From: Raillietiella orientalis
Taxonomy: Eukaryota
Direction of reading: 5' to 3'
Assembly (NCBI GenBank): GCA_036172245.1
Contig: JAYWIR010000017.1
Location: forward strand, 2,852,001-2,916,000
DNA length: 64,000 nucleotides
The notes under the pieces were generated by a model, which saw nothing but the letters and a program-made list of their open reading frames with translations, was not told the origin of the DNA and did not search any database. Within the stretch, counting starts at the first letter, position 1, and each line of letters starts with the position of its first letter. Shown one piece after another: positions 12,658 through 26,300 of the stretch. The translations under genes were made by a program, and so were the position numbers.

Positions 12658-15146
12658 CACAGAGTTTGTCATACATTTCATACTTGTCGTGACTTGCTTG
12701 TATGTCTAACGCTTGGCGTTCATTTTGATATGTTAGTTTCAACCTGTATAGTAAGATGTCTGTATAGATGATAGTAACATGTTTCAATTACATCTTCGTG
12801 CCGAAGCAACTGGAATTGGGATTTGGTGCCGAGGGCAGATTCGGACTCCATGTCACCACAATGTAACGCAATCGATTTTCCATCATAGCAGATACCACGG
12901 AGTTAAACGTCCATCTGTCTTCCTCACAGTTGCTCTTCAAAAAAACGAAAAACAGATAAATCCATTACCTGCTTTTCTTCAGCCACTTCCTTTCCAGCCT
13001 CAGCAACAAAGTCAAAATAGTTCGCGCGTGAAGGATGATTCCTTTCAAAAGATTCCGAAATGTTTCTCAAAAAACATTATCTTGAGTTTCGACGAAATGC
13101 TACCCAGAAAAGCTGAAATACCCATTGCATAGGAATTTCCACCTCGGGCTCTAACCAGCATAGAAGGGGGTTGCAAGAAAGCGTAGTACTAGGATTTGCA
13201 AACGTCTGGGTGAAAAGCGTCCGAGTATTGAGTATTGAGTGGATCTTAAAAGGAATTCCCAGAGAACATTGCTTTTGAAAGTTTTCGAATGCCGCGAATC
13301 TTTCCCTACGGAAAAAGGAAACCACCTTTCAGAATCTGAATTTGTAATCCTCTTATTTTGGCTTGTTGCAATTCTGAAACCCTTGCACTGAGGCGAACTT
13401 CGCTTCGAAAGGAGAACTACTAATTACATTAATCACTAAATTTCATGGTCACTCTATTTGATGCCAACTAGTCCCCATAGATCTTCAATTCATCAACTCT
13501 TTTGAAATATGATTCATTATAAGCAGAACTCAATACAATCCATTTAGGAACGTTTCCATCCTTCGCTGCCCATGCGGTAAGCATTTCAATCCGTTGATTG
13601 AAGGAGATGGAATATTAATTTCAGATCGAACCCCCACACCTCTCAATCTTTTGGATTCAATTAGGCAAACGAATTCCTATCTTGGCAATACAGAGTTGGA
13701 TTTCGAGGTACTGCAAGCCTAAAGACTTCTACATCACTGGGGTCTGGTTAGAAATTTACACGTCATTTCCGATGACTCGACGAACGCCTCAGGCACTGAT
13801 GGCAAACCTTAGTCGCATTAGTTTTGGAAATTATACGACCGCTTGGCTCAGTTGAAATGAGACGATCACTCTTCCATCCCAAATGCAAACGAGCAATGGA
13901 GAGCTCAAGTTCCGACAGATCTCCGAGTTTGTTTCCACTCATCGTCAGTGAAGTGGCAAAGTTCCGAAACTTTAAAGCATACAGTAAGTCCACTCAAATA
14001 CGACCAACTGGGAGAAGGTAAACTCTGCAGATTTCCCCAAAACGTACCAGTGACATGTACGTTCATTGCAAAATTTCGAAACACAAAGAAGCTCAAGACC
14101 AGTCACGGATTTTCATGCTCGATGTTGGTTCGGCTAGCAAAAATCTTAAGGGAACTTCCTTCGTTGGTAACTCCTATTTCGATGTACGAGAAACAAGTAC
14201 CGACGATGATCTACTGTAGCAAGAGCAAATCCATAGGGCAAACGTTTGCCAAGCTTGCACGAGGGATGTCTATCCGCATTTCGCGTACAACAAATAAAAT
14301 CTCGTGTACAGAACGTCCACTGAATTACGGAATGAGCGATCGATATTCTTCGAGGATGAAACCGCAGCACAAAAGCATTCAGTGTTCTGCGCCTTTTTTC
14401 CCCTAATACTTTCTTCCTTTGTGCGTAACAGAAAGAGAAATCAATCTGTACACGGAGGCAAAGTGGCTATCACTGTGAAGTTTTCCTCTTTGCATTTCGA
14501 TTTATAGTCGTTTTTGGGTTTGATACACTCGCAAAAAGACTTGACACACAAAATAGTGCCGCACTCTTTTTCCAAATACAGTATTGGTCCATCTTTCCAA
14601 ACAGCAAGTGCACCCTACTTGCAAGCAGATGCGTGAGAGGATATTCGTGTAACGGGGTAAATAAATGAACAAACCTACTTTTTGGGAAATACTGGGGGAT
14701 GTGAGTACGCAAACCAAAGGTTGTTTACTTTCGCTCTTTCCGTAACAAAATTCTGCCTGCATGTTAACCAGCGATGATGATGGGTAATGCCAAAAATTTT
14801 GGGTTGTCCTCTTTCTGTTGCACGCCTCTCTTGAAGACACGTTGGGTCTGACATTGCATTGCCTTCCCAGCTCTCACCCTTAGAACATGCACTTCGCATT
14901 GAAACTTGAAATAAAAAGTTTTATTGGAGTGCTCCTCACATTATGGTCCCATGATTAGAAGAGTGGAGAGTTCTTGTATTTGGTGCTAAACTCTGACGGA
15001 TTAATTAAAAACCACTCCAATTTTCATTTCAAATACAATATACACTAAAACTGTATAAACTACAAAACCTCAAGTCTTAATAAATTATTTTCAAATACAG
15101 CTTTCCTATGGTGCTTAATTGATAGGGAGTGATACAGCCACTTTCT

Positions 15147-18100
15147 CTACTCATGGCTAATCCTTAAATCATGGATCCCTTTCTTCAACTTCTTTAAAAC
15201 TTTCCTCTTCAATGTTTTCAACCTGCAAATATGAACACTGGGGCTTTGCTGAAACTGAGCAGTATCCAAAGCTTCCACCAAGCCATTTCTTTGTTGCACA
15301 ACACACAGCAAGCTGATTCAAGAAAACCACATGCCATCAATTGCCACACCAGTTCCCACCTTTCAATAAGTTGGTCCTCTTGCTCTTGCTGCTTGGGGGT
15401 TTTGTTGGTTTCTGGAACATTCATCAAAAGGCGAATTTGATTTTCAAGTATGGCTTGCTGCTGCTGCAGTTGATGTTCTCGTTTGCTAAATATTTACAAA
15501 CAAGAGGGTGCTTCAAGAGGTTGAGACTGCACTCACAGATACTCTAGTTCCATCTGCTCCCTCACAATGTTATTTCGCTCCAACATCACTTCTGTCAAGT
15601 TAGCAAATAGCTGCTCATGAGTTTTATCTATACATGGACTCACAAAATAGCACATAGGGCAGTCTTACCATTTGACTGATTGGCACTGTTGCATCGAAGT
15701 GTCTTTTCCAAATATATGCCACGTTTTTCCACTTCCACTAAATCCTTTTCTAGTTGCTCCAACTGTGAGTTGATGTCAGAGATGGGAAGATGCCGCCACT
15801 ATAACGAGTAATTGAAACATCCGGTTCATATTCACCTCACCTGCTGTCGGACTGTTATGGGACGAGGAGGAGCAGGGCGTTTTTTTCTACAGATTTTAGC
15901 ATATCTTTCTGGATTTCACATTCCAATGCATAATTTCCATAAGGAACATACCTTGTGTTGCCTGCTTTGGCTGGAATCCATTGCAGTTTGAGAAGGATGT
16001 ACAATTTTTTTCGTTAGTGTTTAGAGAAACTGAATTACTAGAAGGAACACACTCTTTGGCATGATTCACTTTCTGTGTACAAACTAACGTTGGAGGTTTG
16101 GGAGCAGGCCGTTTCTTTGGTGATCTAGGAATAATTGTTTCTTGTGGTCCCATAAAACTGGATCTGAAGCATCAATGAATATGAATACATATACAAATGA
16201 ACACAATACTTTGTTTTTCTTTTTGTATAAAAATCGAGTAGATTTAAAATAACTGCATCATTGAAAAATACATGTCACTTTGGAAAAATATGGAGTTAAA
16301 AAAAGGCGCTCACACGGAATTTCGAGTTAAAAATGGCGAACTATAAGTTTTCTCTGTTGACTGATCCTCATCTTCACTTTCAAATGGATTCAGAGCAGCT
16401 GGATACAAAGACCTCTTATCAAGGTTACTTGCACAATTACGTTCTGTTTTCGAAATGGCCAACGAATTTTCTTGCTTCGTTTCTGGAATATCAGATTTCG
16501 GGGATGCTTCTTCATGCATAGAAGAATTTTCACAAGGCAATTGTAGCAAATTTCTTTGGCCAAAGTTATCTTTGGCTGGATGATCTTCCACATTCAAACA
16601 TGTATTGCACACATAATTCCCATCCTGCATGCAAGTGTAGTTCATCGTATTCAGTTGTTGGTGACAGTGGTGACAAAGAAAACAACGTCTGTGGCACAGA
16701 TCAGTTCCCAAAACAACCCTTTCTGCTAGGAATATAATTTCTTTACAGAAGATGCATTTTTCTGCAGATTCTAATAAGGAGGGCTCGACATGAATGGGAT
16801 TTATCTGAAAAAAGGAGAAGAATCGCTGAGTTAATAATGTAACAGATCAATAAGCAAACTGAACTGATACTTGAATGTCAATTGGTTTGCAAAACACTTG
16901 AACCTCAAATCATTTTTTGGGGGGAATCACCTTTCAGATCTGTAAAAAAATATCTAGCTGCGACAGGGAAGTTATTTTATTTCTTTTGGTTTCATGAACA
17001 TAACCGCCTGAGAATAGGGCAAAATCACATTTCCAATTTATTACTTTCTACATATCAACTTATATGCAAAAGTCCAAAGCTTACAAATTAGTTCTTCCTT
17101 AGTACTATACAGCAATTCATGACAGCCTGATACTGAAATATCACTTTGTATCAACTATAAAATTACATACTTGCTAATGAATGTGCTTTTTTTTGCAAGA
17201 TGGGCAACATAGCTGAATTTAAGCTACGGAAACAAAATGAGATATATATTTTACTTTTGGGTTGGTGTTTTAAGGTTTTCAAACAGCAATATATAAATAA
17301 AGCAAATGGAATCCAATAAAAAAAATGTAATAAAGTGTTAAGGCAAAGAAAAACCATAATTTAATAAACATCTCTACACTGATTATGGATAAAAATACAT
17401 AAATTTTTTATTGTTTCAATTTCATACAACTTCTTTGTATGGGGAGAAAATAGGCAAAGATTGATAGATGGATATACAGAACATGGGTTGCATAACATAT
17501 ATGCTTGTATTGATTAAATCAATATGTCAAATCACTGTACAACTGAATAAGCTAAACGTCAATTAACAGCTTCGATCTACTACAGGTTCAAATCTAATCC
17601 ATCTCAAGGAATTTAAACATAGGATAAAATGACAAACACTGATGACAAAGCTTCGTGAACTTTAAACGCAGAAAAATTACACTGGAATTAAATGAAGTTC
17701 ATCAGATATCAGAGAATGGCTTTTATTTCCAAATGTCCAATCATCAAACAGGGAATCCCATGGAACACTTATGTACAGGACACAAAACCAAATAATGTTG
17801 GATGTACACAAATTGGTAACAAAAATAAATCCTGGATTATGATCATAAATAAGTTCCCACCCATTTCTAAGGAATAGGAAATATGTGCTAGCAGGACAAA
17901 CACATACTAGGGTAAAACCAAAATGGAGTGCACAGACCACCTACTTCTACATTTCAAAATCATTGGAAGCAATATGAAAAATAGGACTCTACCTGTTCTG
18001 TTTCACTTGGAGTGATTTCTTGTATTCTTTGGATAGAATTTTCTTCTGCTACCTGATCTGAAAAGAGAGACCAAAGACTAGAGAAAATCATGACACACAG

Positions 18101-19899
18101 TAATCGATACTATGAGGATTGCCTTATGAATTAGAAGCTGACCTGCCTCTTTCATTTCAAAACATCTGTATAACAGGGATACATAAGTCAGGATAGACAG
18201 AGAATCAGGAACGGAGCTGTGAACAATGTCCTTGGGGTCCAACAATGCAGGAACATGTAAGTGTTCCTCAGCTACTTGAAATGCAAGTAAGTTATTAGCC
18301 AGCATATCTTCCTTCTTTAGTTTTTCATAGCATCTAAAACATCATAAATACTATTAAAATTCTCAATAAAGAGTACATAACATATAAACTTAAACCAATG
18401 GTCAAGTTTTAATGAAATGTTATCATAACATTTCATTAAAGCATTGTTAAATTCTTTGCAATATACACTATGTAGTTGACAGATATGAATTAAAACAGGC
18501 ATCTCATTACAGTAAGCAAAATTCCCACTAAGCTACTTTCAGACTTTTCAACTCTTCTGGTTATGCAACACACTTAATTTTACTTCCAACCTATTTTTTT
18601 TCTAAAATCAAAGTGTGCTTTCTTATAATGCTGTAAAACTTTCTCTGCAAACTTCTTTCAGCTCATAGAGAAGCTCAAGTTCACTGCCTTCAATGTTTAA
18701 TATCAATTTCCAAGTCAGCAACTTAATTTTGACTCATTAGAATGATTCGATCAAAACAAATTCAAAAGTACTACTTCCTAAAGAAGAGCTATTCATGGAA
18801 GTTTTCAGTATTGTTTATATTTCTATTTTAAATCACGAATTTCTTGTGTTGTTGAAAAAAAAAAAAATGGCTGCAGGTTTAAATTTTTGCAGAAACCCAT
18901 CCAATGTGAAGAATTAGATGCATATGCATATCTATTTCATGGATAATGACTATATCAAATAAAGATGGTTGGCATCAGAAACCAATATCTAAAGATATAT
19001 TGTTTTTGATTTATAAACACACAGAAAGTCTTTCTTGTTATAAACTGCATGGAATTATTTACCAAGAATCCATTACTTTGCATAAGCAATTATTCTTTAC
19101 ATTGGCTGTAGCCATTCAGGCAGTCATGTTGGTTGGAATCTAACATGTAATGCATGATGAATCTTATGTGAATGTGTAAGAGTTGAGAAGTAATATGGAT
19201 AACTACAATGTATTTATTTATTTTTTTTGCAGCCTTCACTCTTAATCCAGAACACTTTTAATTTCTAAAGATTTATTGAATTTTTGTGAGTCAATAAGAA
19301 TAACTTTATCATCCTGAACAGTAGTGAAATCAATTAGCAATATCTTCAAAGTTTTTTGTTCAATCACCAAAATTCAATAAATATTTAGAAATTAAAAGAG
19401 CCCTAGATTAGGAATGAAGACCACAAAAACGGGCAATTTTCTTTCATTGCACGTTCCTGAGAATGTTTATTGCTCCTAAATGTGGTAAAACATTTCTGTT
19501 CAGAAGTATTTTCTTGAATATGGTCTAGAAGTCTTGTGGATCCTACTGAAAACCTGGCCATTTAAGTAATGAAAAATTAAGAGCTTTCTTAAAAACTCTC
19601 TGAAATTAATCAATGGCTAAATTTTTGCTTTATTCTCGTAAATCGGAGTCCTAAGGTTTTGAAGCAAAGGTAACTCTATTTGGGTGCATGAATGCAATAA
19701 AATTTCGGGGCGTGCGGCAAAATAAGGCAAACTTCTAACCAACTTACATCAAATCAGGTCTAAAATGATGAATTATTGCACAGAATCCCAATCCATCTCT
19801 CCATGATGTTGTCATATTCTCAATATTGACATTGTCATAAGAATGTGTGATTCTTTTGCACCAAGCTTCCAGTGCTTTAATTCCTTTTTTCTCGGTCAT
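15147..19899 (-). CDS. MICALL: MICAL-like protein (CH, LIM, NPF-acidic motif, bMERB coiled coil), 10 exons, 563 aa
   Basis: Exons 19748-19899, 18143-18333, 17993-18057, 16314-16804, 15952-16163, 15841-15908, 15669-15798, 15537-15627, 15360-15485 and 15147-15312, all GT-AG and phase-consistent (1692 nt). [10 protein letters not shown]...[29 protein letters not shown]...[10 protein letters not shown]...[13 protein letters not shown]. b[16 protein letters not shown]...[13 protein letters not shown]. Confidence 0.9.
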
Positions 19900-22412
19900 T
19901 TTTTCTCCGAATTCTATTATCTAAATTCAGATTTTCCTTGTTGTTTTACCGGCAGGGCAAACAACAACATCACAATATGGGCTATCACATCCTTCCTGTG
20001 AAACTGATTAAAGGATCATCATCAGAATATTAGGAAATTCCAAACGATCGTGGATGCATGTTTTCATCGAAAACTAGGAAGCAACCGATTACAGCTAATC
20101 GAGTGAGCATATTTCAGCAAAAACGGCGGATTTACAAATGCGTGGATATCAATTAACGGAAAAATGCACAAAACTTTTCGATTACAATGAAGTAGAATGT
20201 TAGAAAGACACGAGGGCCCCCTTACGGATGTGACAGAATTGCGTGAAAACCAAACTCTTGTCACCAATCTTCCATCCATTCTCAAACATTTCCTTGTGAA
20301 CATTCGAGATTTCCTTCGGAACACAGAAATGCACGGAGCAATTCACTTTCACACGTAGGACGATCTGGCACCTCAGCCACATCCGTGTTAAGAGGAAGAG
20401 AGGTGACCAACCACCGCCGAGAGACACGAAATCACTACATCCCTCCATGATCAAAAGATAGCGAATGTGGTGCATTTCATCACACAGAGGAATCTCAAAT
20501 GTTAAGCAACGGCTGGTTTGTCTCCATCGCGTGCATGCTGTTTTCACCATTAGACGAGAATATGCAGAACTCGGAGCATCTAAAAACCTTTGTTTTTGCA
20601 GAAAGACAAAGGCTACTTTCGCGGAAGTTCTTGTTCTGGGTGCAGTTTTGAATCGAGCACAGTGCTACTGTAGACCATGACACATTCATGCAGAACGAAA
20701 TTCAAATCTTACAATCTAAGCTTCCAGTTTTCAATGAAAAACTTGTACGCTTGACTCCAAAACAACTGCTTTACTGGACCAAATAGCTGTTTGAACATGA
20801 TTAAACCACAGATGAGATTATGGATCAAAACAAGTTAAAATTCTTTGCTTTTCTTCCCCTCTCAGCCTTTTTTTTTTAAAAAAAAAAAAAAAAAAAAATA
20901 ATGATAATAGAAGTAATTATCGTCTAGATGGGACATGGGAAACCTGCAGACGGCAGCCTCTTTCGTGCATCCCTCTGGACTTTTTTGAAATTGTCCGAGC
21001 TCCTCACTGTGAGGCTCGCTGGTGCACATCTACTGTCTCACACGTTTAAAAGCAACGAAAAGCAATTTTTTATCATTGATTTTATTTTTGAAGAAATCAC
21101 AACAATGACGAAAAGCTCAACATCAATAACTCTTTCGATCTTCTTCACCGATCCTTTCATCATGTTCGTGCCGCATGGAAAATCTTCGGAATCCTGCCCT
21201 CGTATTGCACAGGAGAAACAGTTGCAGGAACTCCACTAAGAAGAGTTTCGAATGCGATGACTTTTTCGAATCATTTTCGAATCAATCCACAAAATCAGCA
21301 ATAGTAAACAATCAATTAATAAGGATTACTTATTTTGCATCATTTTGTTTAGTTACTTTTCTACTTCCATACACATTGTGGATGATGCCATAAACACATT
21401 ACATATCAAATTAATTCTTTACTGTATATGAAATCATTCCTGCTTTATCAAGTCTTTTCACAAATATAAAAAGATGAAATTCTCATACCAAGATACAAAT
21501 AACGCATTTAGTCCACTCAGGACCAACAAACTGACTAACAAAATTGAATAAATCTGAAAAGCTGATCTACTTAAGGAATAACTGATTTACTAAGGTATCA
21601 CGCAGAGTTGTGATCTCTAGCTTCGCCTCTACAATTGTTTTGTTTGATATTTTATGTATGTAAATAATCTTCAATAAAAAAAAAAATGTCTATCTATCTT
21701 TCCTTGGTTTCATTTGACCCCATCCGCAGTACTGGCAGCTTGAGTAAAATAACTCACCTAATAGATTCATGAAATGAGAAGGGGCTCTGTAACACACACA
21801 AAAAATAAGGGAAACTAGCTACTGAAAATCTCAATTTTGATAAATTGGCATACGTTGTGCACGAAACTGTGACCTGCGATCCGTTTCTCGGAGGGACAGA
21901 GGCTACTCATAGCCGACCTACAGGTACACATCGCCTCGAGCACACGGATACCATTCGCAGAGTGCACCCCGATTCCTGTTGGATTTCGATCACTCAACAT
22001 TAAAAAATTCCATAAATAATGCTTCGATTCTGACTATAAAATAATATAAACATTACTTAGATACGTTTTATCCTCTAATTAATCAAATGCTTGTCGGTAA
22101 TATAAAATATTTTCACGCAATCAATATTCAGTGGCCATAAATTGTTTCTATGCGCCTAAAAGTTTTTGGAGGCGCTGTAATGAGTGCGCTGATACCAAAC
22201 AAGTCAGGAATAAAGAAAGATGGAAACCTATCACCACAAAATGAGAATAAATCCTAACACAGCATATAACCAGTGGTTCGAAACTGTCGATGAGCATCAG
22301 TGAAATAGCTCGAAATGAATTCTAAAGTTTGATGGGAAAAAACACATGCTTGCCAAGACTTCCTCTTTGAGGACAGTGATTATGTAACTGTTTTGTGGCT
22401 CATTGTCCAGGA

Positions 22413-22696
22413 CAGAGTTTCCCAAACTTTTCCTAGGACGGAACAAATCCTGAAATTTTCACAGAATACCTTGGTTATTTTACAGGGAATCTAGATAATG
22501 ATAATAAATAAATTAAGCAAGTAAATATAAGAGTTAGAAAAACAAGACAAACATTCATTCTCAAATTTTTATTACGTAAAACAAAACAAATAAAAATAGT
22601 AAAATAAACCTAACAGCATTTAAAATATATTAATTTTCATAATTCTTTGCGGAACACTTATCGACTTTCGGCGGAAACATAGCTTTGGAAACGATG
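22413..22696. mobile_element. hAT-type MITE
   Basis: Imperfect TIRs cagagtttcccaaact / agctttggaaacgatg, internal cggaac(a) repeats, imperfect 8-bp TSD gtccagga / gtctaggg. Confidence 0.6.
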
Positions 22697-23579
22697 GTCT
22701 AGGGTTACTTGCTAACTCATCGAAATTCATCAGGATTCATCAAATTCATCAGGATTCAGTATGATTATCACGAAATTCAACGAAAGTGGATAACTAAGAA
22801 CATATTAATAAGAAAATATTTAAGAATTACATATTGGATGCTATTAATTTTGAAATGCTAACATTATTAACGATGAATACAAATGACATACCTAATAATT
22901 TTTGGATGGGGAGAGGTGACTGGAACTGAACAGTGCCTACAAAGACATGGATGCGCTACAAATTGTTTTATCGAATGGGTTCTTAGCTTGAATACATTAA
23001 GCGAAAAATAAGACGGGGCCAAACTACATAGCACCGCTTCGATAGTTTTCATGAACACCGAAACGTCTCAGCTTCATAATCTGGATTCTGAACATCTCGA
23101 TTCGGAGCACGATTCGGAGTGTTTCAATTTTAAAATTTAGTTTTCCGTATTCTTTAGAAACAAATCTCAGACTTTCAAAGGAATCGATGGTGAGTATTTT
23201 TATTGTTTGGCAATTCATCTTTAGCAACTCATCGAACAATATTTACATACTCAAGACACGAAGACAAAATTCACTTGTAACTCGTGTTCACTGTGTTCTA
23301 TATTCTGTTATACTTCATTTTTGTGTGATTTTAAGTACAAAATAATGATTTAAAAGATTTTGTTTTCTTTTAATAATCGTATCTTTTGTAATTTTCATGT
23401 TGCAAAGATGTAAGTTGCAAATTTGTTAATAAAATGCTCACTGTCTTTCCAGGCTCTGTACTGGAGACTGAAATGAGCGATTCAATTAATAGAGGAAGGA
23501 AAGCTGTACTGTTCATTTTTTATGTGTGAAATAGTTATAGAATTCTCTATGAACTTACTGTAAATAGTTACAGACACCA

Positions 23580-25585
23580 TCCAGAGGGTCCGGTTATGGG
23601 TCATCCAGATTGTCTATCCAGACTCTAGCAGGTTCACGTTGCGGATTCCGAAGCGGTGGAAGCTCTTTTGAGGGCATCGTCTTCTTCCTTTTGGACAGTC
23701 ATTACTTCGTGTTGTGTGACTTACGCTGGTGAAGCATCGTGCATTCGTTTTTAGTTTCTTCCAAAGTTCCTGAGTCTTGTGGGTGAGTGCTCTTGTCATC
23801 CTTATTACGTAGCGATACGGCCGCATTTTGAGGCAATGGCCACTCATGGCGAACTTGCGGAGTGTTCGCAGTCGCGGATGAGTCATTCCTGGCCTTTGGA
23901 ATATCCACTTCCATGTCTCCCAGTAGACCTAGAAGTGGAATACGGGATACCCGTAGCCAGTTCTTCCTGCCAAAGTTCTTTGCTTCTAGGAACGATTTTG
24001 AATTGGTGAGTCGTCACCATTCCGTGTTTTCTTTTCCATGTGGAGTCAGTGTTCCCCATTCTCCATGTTTGCCCATTAATGCTGACATCAGGCCACGCTT
24101 TGGCCGTCAAGATTTGGTTCCACGGAAGTACTGTTCCTAAACCCTCTGGGTTGTCTTTCTTTATATTTCTCCGAAATTCACTAGGCCTAACAGCAAAGCA
24201 GGACTGGCGCGTGTCGAACACCATCCAAGCTCGATGTTGGTTCCGAGTCCTCCTGGAGGGCTTGTGCACTCCGCGTCGCGACGGAGGTCTCGGTCTCCTG
24301 ACGCTCGGGCGCCTGGAGCAGCCTTTTGGCTAAGATCAAAGTGGAACGGCAGCTCCAGTGAAGGACACTTGCTCTAGTGGCGAAGCTTTGGATCACGACC
24401 TGGTGAGAGCCCTCACGATTACTGATCAAGCGAACCAACGGCTACGCGGGACTGTCTTCGTTCCTGGCGCTACGGCGCAGACGCAACGTGTCCAGCTGCG
24501 GACTGGAGCTCCGGCAAGTGGCCAAGCTTACCAGGACCAACAACTGGACCTCCTGCCGGCCCGCAAACGGTAGTGCCTGGTTGCAGGAAACCGTCCGCAC
24601 GTGGGTCAAGAACAACGAAGCGAGTCCGGAAATGAGGCAGCGACTGCTGCAGTGGCTTCTACAGCGACCGCTGGCTGCAGGACGTCATAGTGCAGACCAC
24701 CACGTGCACGTGGGCACAAAAAACCTTCCCAGCTGCGGCGCTGTCCTCCTTCAGGGAGCATCTGGGCAGTAACCAGTCGGTTAAATGGTAGGTCAGTTGC
24801 GGAATAGGTCTTCGGACGAAAAAATTAGGTGGTTGGACTACGGGTCAGCTCACGGGCGATGCTACTCCAAGTACCCTACCGAAAGAACTATTGAGCTGGA
24901 GTGAGCTGCTGGGAATCCTACAGGAAGACCTCTAGTGGTGCCTAGAGCTGGAGAACAACCGGTCCCTCCCCCTGAAATGGGAGGGATAGGCACTTCTGCT
25001 GTTGCACTGGGGTCTCCCGTGCAACGCACACCGATCTCATTGGACCCGGAGGGCTACAGACCCCAACTGTTGCAGGTGAGGTGAACGGGAATCCCAGCTC
25101 CCGCACCTGCTTGTAGATTGTGTTGCCCTCGGGCTCCTATGGTTGCGTTAGGCAACGACCCTTGGTGCACCGACGGGCAATCCCAGGGACGTTATGGAGC
25201 GCTTCTTCGTGCGCGATGACCTTTCGCCTGCCGCATCGTCAGCAACTCTTTGCTGCTTGGAGCTACGCGAGAGGAGGACGGCGCTATAAGGACGCCATCT
25301 GCAACGCACTGCGCTTCCTGCGGACGGCAGCAAGATGGCCCCACCTGGGACACACTCGGATGGAAACTGCCGGCATCCTGGAAAGGATGTAGATCCCTTC
25401 CCGTGCTTCCCAGAGTTTTTTTTTATTATGTATTTTGCTCCTCCGCTGCCGAGGCGAACCTCGCCGGCCTGCGTGCCAGTTACTCGTCAGGTTCCGAGCA
25501 TTATCGGACAATGTAGGACCGACGGCCCTATACCTATATGTTTTTTATTGTTTATAATGAACACCCCAGAGTGATCAGGTGATAA
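23580..25585 (+). mobile_element. Decayed L1/Tx1-type LINE: RT end, thumb, zf-RVT, 3' UTR
   Basis: LCTPRRDGGLGL, NGSAWLQE, ELLGI...ALLLLHWG, FLRTAARWPHLG. Family 3' UTR at 25441-25495 and terminal hairpin at 25562-25581. Confidence 0.8.
24321..24343 (+). pseudogene. U2: 23-nt fragment matching U2 snRNA (about nt 12-34)
   Basis: gccttttggctaagatcaaagtg matches the conserved U2 5' sequence as recalled. It may partly reflect an (A)LLAK coding motif. Confidence 0.5.
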
Positions 25586-25619
25586 ACCAAGAAGGTAGCT
25601 TCTCCGAAGGAGTCCCTTT

Positions 25620-26300
25620 GCGCGGAAACGAGGAGCCGCGGCGTTCACCAACTCGCTCGTCTCGCAGCCATCGAGGAGTTTCCTGACCTCCACAGTGCTG
25701 CAGGAGAACTTCTACCCGCCGCCGGTTGACTGCTGTCATTGTTTGCCCTTAGGATAGACGGTGCTGCGGCTGGGTGTGTGTGACGGCTATCCAGGACTAC
25801 TGGGTCCAGTCCTGCAGGATATCTGCCATGGGTTCGCTGCTCAGGGCGGAAGGCAAATGAAAAGTGAGGTCCGGAGGAAGGAGGAAATAAAAGTGTTCAA
25901 CTCTTATGGGCCATTCTGCCTTCTGGAGACAGACGGACCACATTTCTGCCAAGAGAAGTTCCTTATGAGCACCCTGAGATGCTTGGAAATACTTCCTCCA
26001 CGAGGGTCCAGACCGGCTGCTCCTCCAACGATGTTTCTACGGGAACAACCATCAAATCCTCCTTGTTGATCACATGCTCGCTTGTCGATGGACAAAGCAG
26101 AATATCTCGAGCGGGATAGACATAGGCAATAGGGGAAAGGGCCATAGACGTCAACCGCATCACGGCAGATGTGCAGGAGCAGTAGCTCGACAGGGTAATC
26201 AGAGTCTTAGGTGTAGGTTCAGCCCCAACTCAAAAGTAGGTACTACACTGCGTAGAGCTCGGACTGTTCCTTCGATTTCTAGGATAAGGTTGCGGCGAAT
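25620..26300 (-). mobile_element. APE-type endonuclease remnant of a LINE
   Basis: IAYVYP (NVYAP-like) and GGFDG (GGDFN-like) followed by D...LRVLI in minus-strand ORFs; frameshifted. Confidence 0.45.
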
